In this document: in pieces, positions 35,776 through 36,367 of the stretch
Layout: each line of letters opens with the position of its first letter
Numbering within the stretch: the stretch's first letter is position 1
Source: a virus
Lineage: Duplodnaviria; Heunggongvirae; Uroviricota; Caudoviricetes; Crassvirales
IMG/VR virus record: IMGVR_UViG_3300029521_000003
Strand: one strand, 5' to 3'
DNA length: 36,367 nucleotides
The notes under the pieces: generated by a model
Databases searched by the model: none
Told to the model about the DNA's origin: nothing
Seen by the model: only the letters and a program-made list of their open reading frames with translations
Position numbers and translations under genes: made by a program

Positions 35776-35917
35776 AGGGGGATAGCTCAGTTGGTAGAGC
35801 AATAGAATGAAAATTATACTCTGTTTAAGGTTCTACAGTAATATGTTAGTGTGGAACAGAGTTACTTCAATAAGCGGGAAAATCTATGGGTCATTGGTTC
35901 AAGTCCAATTCCCTCCA
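35776..35917 (+). ncRNA. tRNA-Phe-like RNA with a permuted Y-like module in the anticodon loop (unit 3)
   Basis: Full D and T arms, ATAGA/TCTAT anticodon stem, 69-nt insert at 35814-35882. Confidence 0.75.
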
Positions 35918-35919
35918 CA

Positions 35920-36009
35920 AAATCACCAGACTTCACAGGGGGTAAAGCCAACAGGAGTTCATAACACTTAGAAAGCACTAAGTTGTGGTTCAGGAATAAA
36001 TGGTGATTT
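35920..36009 (+). ncRNA. candidate structured RNA within the array
   Basis: AAATCACCA/TGGTGATTT stem enclosing two hairpins. Confidence 0.4.
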
Positions 36010-36021
36010 AAAAACTAAAAT

Positions 36022-36160
36022 GGGGATGTGGTGAAATAAAGCAAGTTTTATCCTCTTACAATTGTTCTATGGAAGCATTAGTGATTTGTGAGAGTTACTT
36101 CAAGGTTTACACAATTGTCAGTAAAACAATCAAATGTTAGTTCGAGTCTAACCATCCCCA
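36022..36160 (+). ncRNA. tRNA(GTA)-like RNA with a permuted Y-like module in the D loop (unit 4)
   Basis: GGGGATG/CATCCCC, ATTGT-CAGTAAA-ACAAT, GTTAG-TTCGAGT-CTAAC. Insert of about 66 nt at roughly 36038-36103. Confidence 0.75.
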
Positions 36161-36163
36161 CAC

Positions 36164-36280
36164 AAAGATTAGTGATATACAACACTTACTTCATATCATA
36201 ATTATACAATAAATTTTAAAGTAAGAAAGGAGTAGATTTTATATCAACTTTTAAAGAGTGTTGTAGAATATTCTGTCTTT
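36164..36280 (+). ncRNA. Y-RNA-like unit 5
   Basis: AAAGAT/GTCTTT, TAGTG, TACAACACT/AGTGTTGTA, TTACTTC, ATTCT. Confidence 0.7.
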
Positions 36281-36281
36281 T

Positions 36282-36320
36282 AAAGGCTACCAGTTTTATT
36301 ACTGGTAGCCTTTTCTTTTT
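36282..36320 (+). terminator. intrinsic terminator closing the Ro60/RNA-array operon
   Basis: AAAGGCTACCAGT/ACTGGTAGCCTTT perfect 13-bp stem plus T-tail. Confidence 0.85.
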
Positions 36321-36367
36321 ATGCACATTCTTGTGATAATTAAGATATGTTTTACTAAAAAAAAAAC

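Noticed and set aside
35814..36103. tRNA inserts as group I/II or bulge-helix-bulge introns
   Set aside because: At under 70 nt they are too short for self-splicing introns, I see no BHB motif, and the same module also occurs free-standing. Splicing is not formally excluded.
35593..36280. Recurring TAGTG/TTACTTC motifs as a CRISPR array
   Set aside because: Conserved stretches are only 5-7 nt, spacing is irregular, the order is permuted in two copies, the variable parts base-pair, and there are no cas genes.
1..36367. Stop-codon reassignment (TAG/TGA) as in some crAss-like phages
   Set aside because: Long genes are intact in the standard code, TAG and TGA both end genes, and no CTA or TCA suppressor tRNA was found.

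Overview
AT-rich segment of a crAss-like (Crassvirales) Bacteroidetes phage genome, standard genetic code. From 1 to about 27.9 kb the minus strand carries the virion and packaging module (ring proteins, major capsid protein, scaffold-like protein, lysis genes, fibres and beta-helix spikes, portal, large terminase), small accessory genes and 26 tRNA genes, several structurally aberrant. A strand switch near 28.0 kb, marked by a G/C-run island and about 1 kb of repeat-rich non-coding DNA, leads into plus-strand small genes, a tRNA-like RNA with an elongated anticodon arm, tRNA-Arg, a tmRNA, a 2H phosphoesterase and a Ro60/TROVE gene. The most striking element is the 35.59-36.32 kb array after Ro60. 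It holds five copies of a covarying bulged-stem RNA module (UUAGUG..helix..UUAC[U/A]UC / helix'..[G/A]UUCU). Three copies are free-standing Y-RNA-like hairpins and two are circularly permuted and grafted into the anticodon loop or D loop of otherwise complete tRNAs. All assignments were made by eye from sequence motifs and recalled family knowledge; no searches were run.
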